Sequence record: OL960580
Direction: 5' to 3' (one strand)
DNA: 64,000 nt
Source of the DNA: Escherichia phage vB_EcoM_SA21RB
Shown: one piece after another, positions 61,852 to 64,000 of the stretch
How positions within the stretch are numbered: the first letter of the stretch is position 1
Layout: each line of letters begins with the position of its first letter
Notes under the pieces: generated by a model
Seen by the model: the letters and a program-made list of their open reading frames with translations, nothing else
What the model was told of the DNA's origin: nothing
Databases searched by the model: none
Made by a program: the position numbers and the translations under genes

Positions 61852-62508
61852 ATGGCAGCACCTAGAATATCATTTTCGCCCTCTGATATTCTGTTGGGTG
61901 TTCTAGATCGCTTGTTCAAAGATAACGCTACCGGGAAAGTTCTTGCTTCCCGGGTAGCTGTCGTAATTCTTTTGTTTATAATGGCGATTGTTTGGTATAG
62001 GGGAGATAGTTTCTTTGAGTACTATAAGCAATCAAAGTATGAAACATACAGTGAAATTATTGAAAAGGAAAGAACTGCACGCTTTGAATCTGTCGCCCTG
62101 GAACAACTCCAGATAGTTCATATATCATCTGAGGCAGACTTTAGTGCGGTGTATTCTTTCCGCCCTAAAAACTTAAACTATTTTGTTGATATTATAGCAT
62201 ACGAAGGAAGATTACCTTCAACAATAACCGAAAAATCACTTGGAGGATATCCTGTTGATAAAACTATGGATGAATATATAGTTCATTTAAATGGACGTCA
62301 TTATTATTCCGACTCAAAATTTGCTTTTTTACCAACTAAAAAGCCTACTCCCGAAATAAACTACATGTACAGTTGTCCATATTTCAATTTGGATAATATC
62401 TATGCTGGAACAATAACCATGTACTGGTATAGAAATGATCATATAAGTAATGACCGCCTTGAATCAATATGTTCTCAGGCGGCCAGAATATTAGGAAGGG
62501 CTAAATAA
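61852..62508 (+). CDS. t: Holin T
   Basis: 218-aa ORF with SD AAGGAGGG; single N-terminal transmembrane segment and large C-terminal domain. Confidence 0.92.
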   Translation: MAAPRISFSPSDILLGVLDRLFKDNATGKVLASRVAVVILLFIMAIVWYRGDSFFEYYKQSKYETYSEIIEKERTARFESVALEQLQIVHISSEADFSAVYSFRPKNLNYFVDIIAYEGRLPSTITEKSLGGYPVDKTMDEYIVHLNGRHYYSDSKFAFLPTKKPTPEINYMYSCPYFNLDNIYAGTITMYWYRNDHISNDRLESICSQAARILGRAK

Positions 62509-62781
62509 TTATTTGTTTGTATACATCTCTAGATATCGATATACACCCTCAAAACCCTCGTTGAATTCGTCGATGAGGGTTTTCTTATCTTCTTGAGTTA
62601 ATTCAGAAACAATTTTACGGAATGAATTCTGATTCAACTTTCTACCTTCATGCGTTACTCCAATCTCATTCAGAAATGCAATAAAATTAGCGCGATTCTC
62701 AACAATATCTTCTCTGGAAAATTTAATCAAAATAGACGCAACAGTAATAATTTCACGAACTGTATCAATATTTTTATTCAT
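62509..62781 (-). CDS. asiA: AsiA anti-sigma70 factor
   Basis: 90-aa ORF, N-terminus MNKNIDTVREIITVASILIKF. Confidence 0.92.
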   Translation of the reverse strand: MNKNIDTVREIITVASILIKFSREDIVENRANFIAFLNEIGVTHEGRKLNQNSFRKIVSELTQEDKKTLIDEFNEGFEGVYRYLEMYTNK

Positions 62782-62793
62782 TAACTATACCAC

Positions 62794-62946
62794 TCAATTA
62801 GTTGACTTTGTTATAATATCATCAGACGCTTGATTTGTAAACTGGTCTGTGTTATTTTCTTCAAAAATTTTTTCTACGAATTCCTTGAACGACACGCGTT
62901 CCTGAGCTACATTATGCTCGATTACCTTTTCAAGATTATGACTCAT
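62794..62946 (-). CDS. Candidate 50-aa ORF between arn and asiA
   Basis: ATG overlapping the arn stop (ATGA); below the track cutoff; contains the asiA early promoter. Confidence 0.35.
   Translation of the reverse strand: MSHNLEKVIEHNVAQERVSFKEFVEKIFEENNTDQFTNQASDDIITKSTN
62813..62842 (-). promoter_or_regulatory. T4-type early promoter (GTTTAC, 18-nt spacer, TATTAT) upstream of asiA
   Basis: Reverse complement read directly. Confidence 0.65.
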
Positions 62947-63221
62947 TCGAAATAATCTTCAATTTCATAATCAAGAACATAAATCATTATAGTTTTTAAT
63001 ACATCATCAATACTTTTTCCTGGAGCTGGAATTACGTAAAAATATCCTGCTTTTGAGAGGTCTTTATAAGTTCCAACCAAGAAATCATTATTCTCAAGAT
63101 GCAGTTCTTCAACTAATTCATTAACAATTGAGTGGTATAAATTTGGTAGAAACTTATATAGCTTTTCTAGAATATCAATTTTGATTGTGTATTGAACCAC
63201 AGACTGAGAATCAATAATCAT
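62943..63221 (-). CDS. arn: Arn-like anti-restriction protein (acidic, 92 aa)
   Basis: Position after asiA and length match T4 Arn; acidic composition. Confidence 0.6.
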   Translation of the reverse strand: MIIDSQSVVQYTIKIDILEKLYKFLPNLYHSIVNELVEELHLENNDFLVGTYKDLSKAGYFYVIPAPGKSIDDVLKTIMIYVLDYEIEDYFE

Positions 63222-63304
63222 AGACCTTCCCCTTATGTTTCTGTTTGCGATTAGATTCTTTAAACGCTTTCTTCTTATCCTTATGGACAGAAGCTTTATT
63301 AAAA

Positions 63305-63523
63305 TTATGTTTTGCGACTAAATTGTTCATAGTGCTGAATTACCTCTCTCAAACATTTGCATGTGAATGAAAACTTTTTAGCTACACCACATTCAAATAT
63401 ATGTTCTCTTAAATCACGTGTGTCAGTATATCCCATCTCAACAATAAAATGCCGTATTAGATTTTTATCTTTATCATTGAGAGAATTAAAATAATCGGAT
63501 TTTGAATTAATTTCCCTGGCCAA
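63305..63523 (-). CDS. Hypothetical protein (arn.x); start uncertain
   Basis: Track start is TTG; first ATG gives 43 aa from 63436. Confidence 0.45.
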   Translation of the reverse strand: MAREINSKSDYFNSLNDKDKNLIRHFIVEMGYTDTRDLREHIFECGVAKKFSFTCKCLREVIQHYEQFSRKT

Positions 63524-63803
63524 ATTGAATCACCTTCAGTTGACGTTTTAGTTCTTTTATCATTTCTTCGTTCATCGCAATATAAAGATCACGTAAAGCA
63601 GGTTTTAACATTCCATTTACTGGAGAACTAAATGGGCATACATAATCTTTTCCTACGAGCTTTTTGGCGAATTCCATATTACAGAATTGAAATGCCGGTT
63701 CATTAGCATAAATTCCCCAATTAGTTGACATCATTTTATTGGCATATTCCAGTGCCTGGATTTGATTCATAATTCCATCAATTTGAAACTTTTTAATATT
63801 CAT
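63507..63803 (-). CDS. Hypothetical protein (arn.x)
   Basis: 98-aa ATG ORF. Confidence 0.6.
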   Translation of the reverse strand: MNIKKFQIDGIMNQIQALEYANKMMSTNWGIYANEPAFQFCNMEFAKKLVGKDYVCPFSSPVNGMLKPALRDLYIAMNEEMIKELKRQLKVIQFGQGN

Positions 63804-63997
63804 TAGTAAAGGTCCTCAGAGTAAAGTTCTTTTTCACTACCACCGCGTTCAATACGTACTTGTCCAGCATAAGTTGCAATAATCATTGCTTCTTCGCGGG
63901 TCCAATAATTACTATATTGGTCAATAAACCCTTGGTCATCATCACAAACTTGTTGAGTAACTAATTGAGGTTTAACTACATCTAAAACTTCTGCCAT
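63803..63997 (-). CDS. Hypothetical protein (arn.x), at window edge
   Basis: 64-aa ORF from ATG 63997; upstream context is outside the window. Confidence 0.5.
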   Translation of the reverse strand: MAEVLDVVKPQLVTQQVCDDDQGFIDQYSNYWTREEAMIIATYAGQVRIERGGSEKELYSEDLY

Positions 63998-64000
63998 ATC

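Overview
This window is a near-complete, densely packed segment of a T4-like (T-even) Escherichia phage genome, collinear with T4 from the 3' end of gene 17 through the arn region. The plus strand carries late structural genes: tail sheath and tube (18, 19), portal and head (20, 67, 68, 21, 22, 23, 24), baseplate hub (51, 27, 28, 29, 48, 54) and long tail fiber (34, 35, 36, 37, 38), followed by holin t. The minus strand carries early and middle genes: rnlB, hoc, inh, uvsY, 25/26, two tandem alt-like ADP-ribosyltransferase genes, DNA ligase 30, rIII, 31, cd, pseT, spanins, alc, rnlA, denA, nrdB, nrdA, td, frd, 32, 59, 33, dsbA, rnh, asiA and arn. Gene identities rest on reading the ORF translations, protein lengths and synteny from memory of T4; no database search was run. 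Recognisable regulatory grammar is present: TATAAATA late-promoter boxes upstream of late genes, GTTTAC-N17/18-TAnnAT early promoters on the minus strand, GC-rich tetraloop hairpins in intergenic gaps, and the AU-rich gene 32 translational operator. No rRNA, tRNA or CRISPR array was found. I did not find a clearly new multi-gene system. The points most worth follow-up are: a roughly 350-bp ORF-free, GC-elevated island between 30.9 and rIII; tandem diverged Alt paralogs; a 49-bp promoter-leader cassette duplicated 15 kb apart; a 68-codon ORF inserted between frd and td; a T2-type gp37 chaperone domain plus gp38 adhesin module; and the absence of introns and homing endonuclease genes at the T4 loci.
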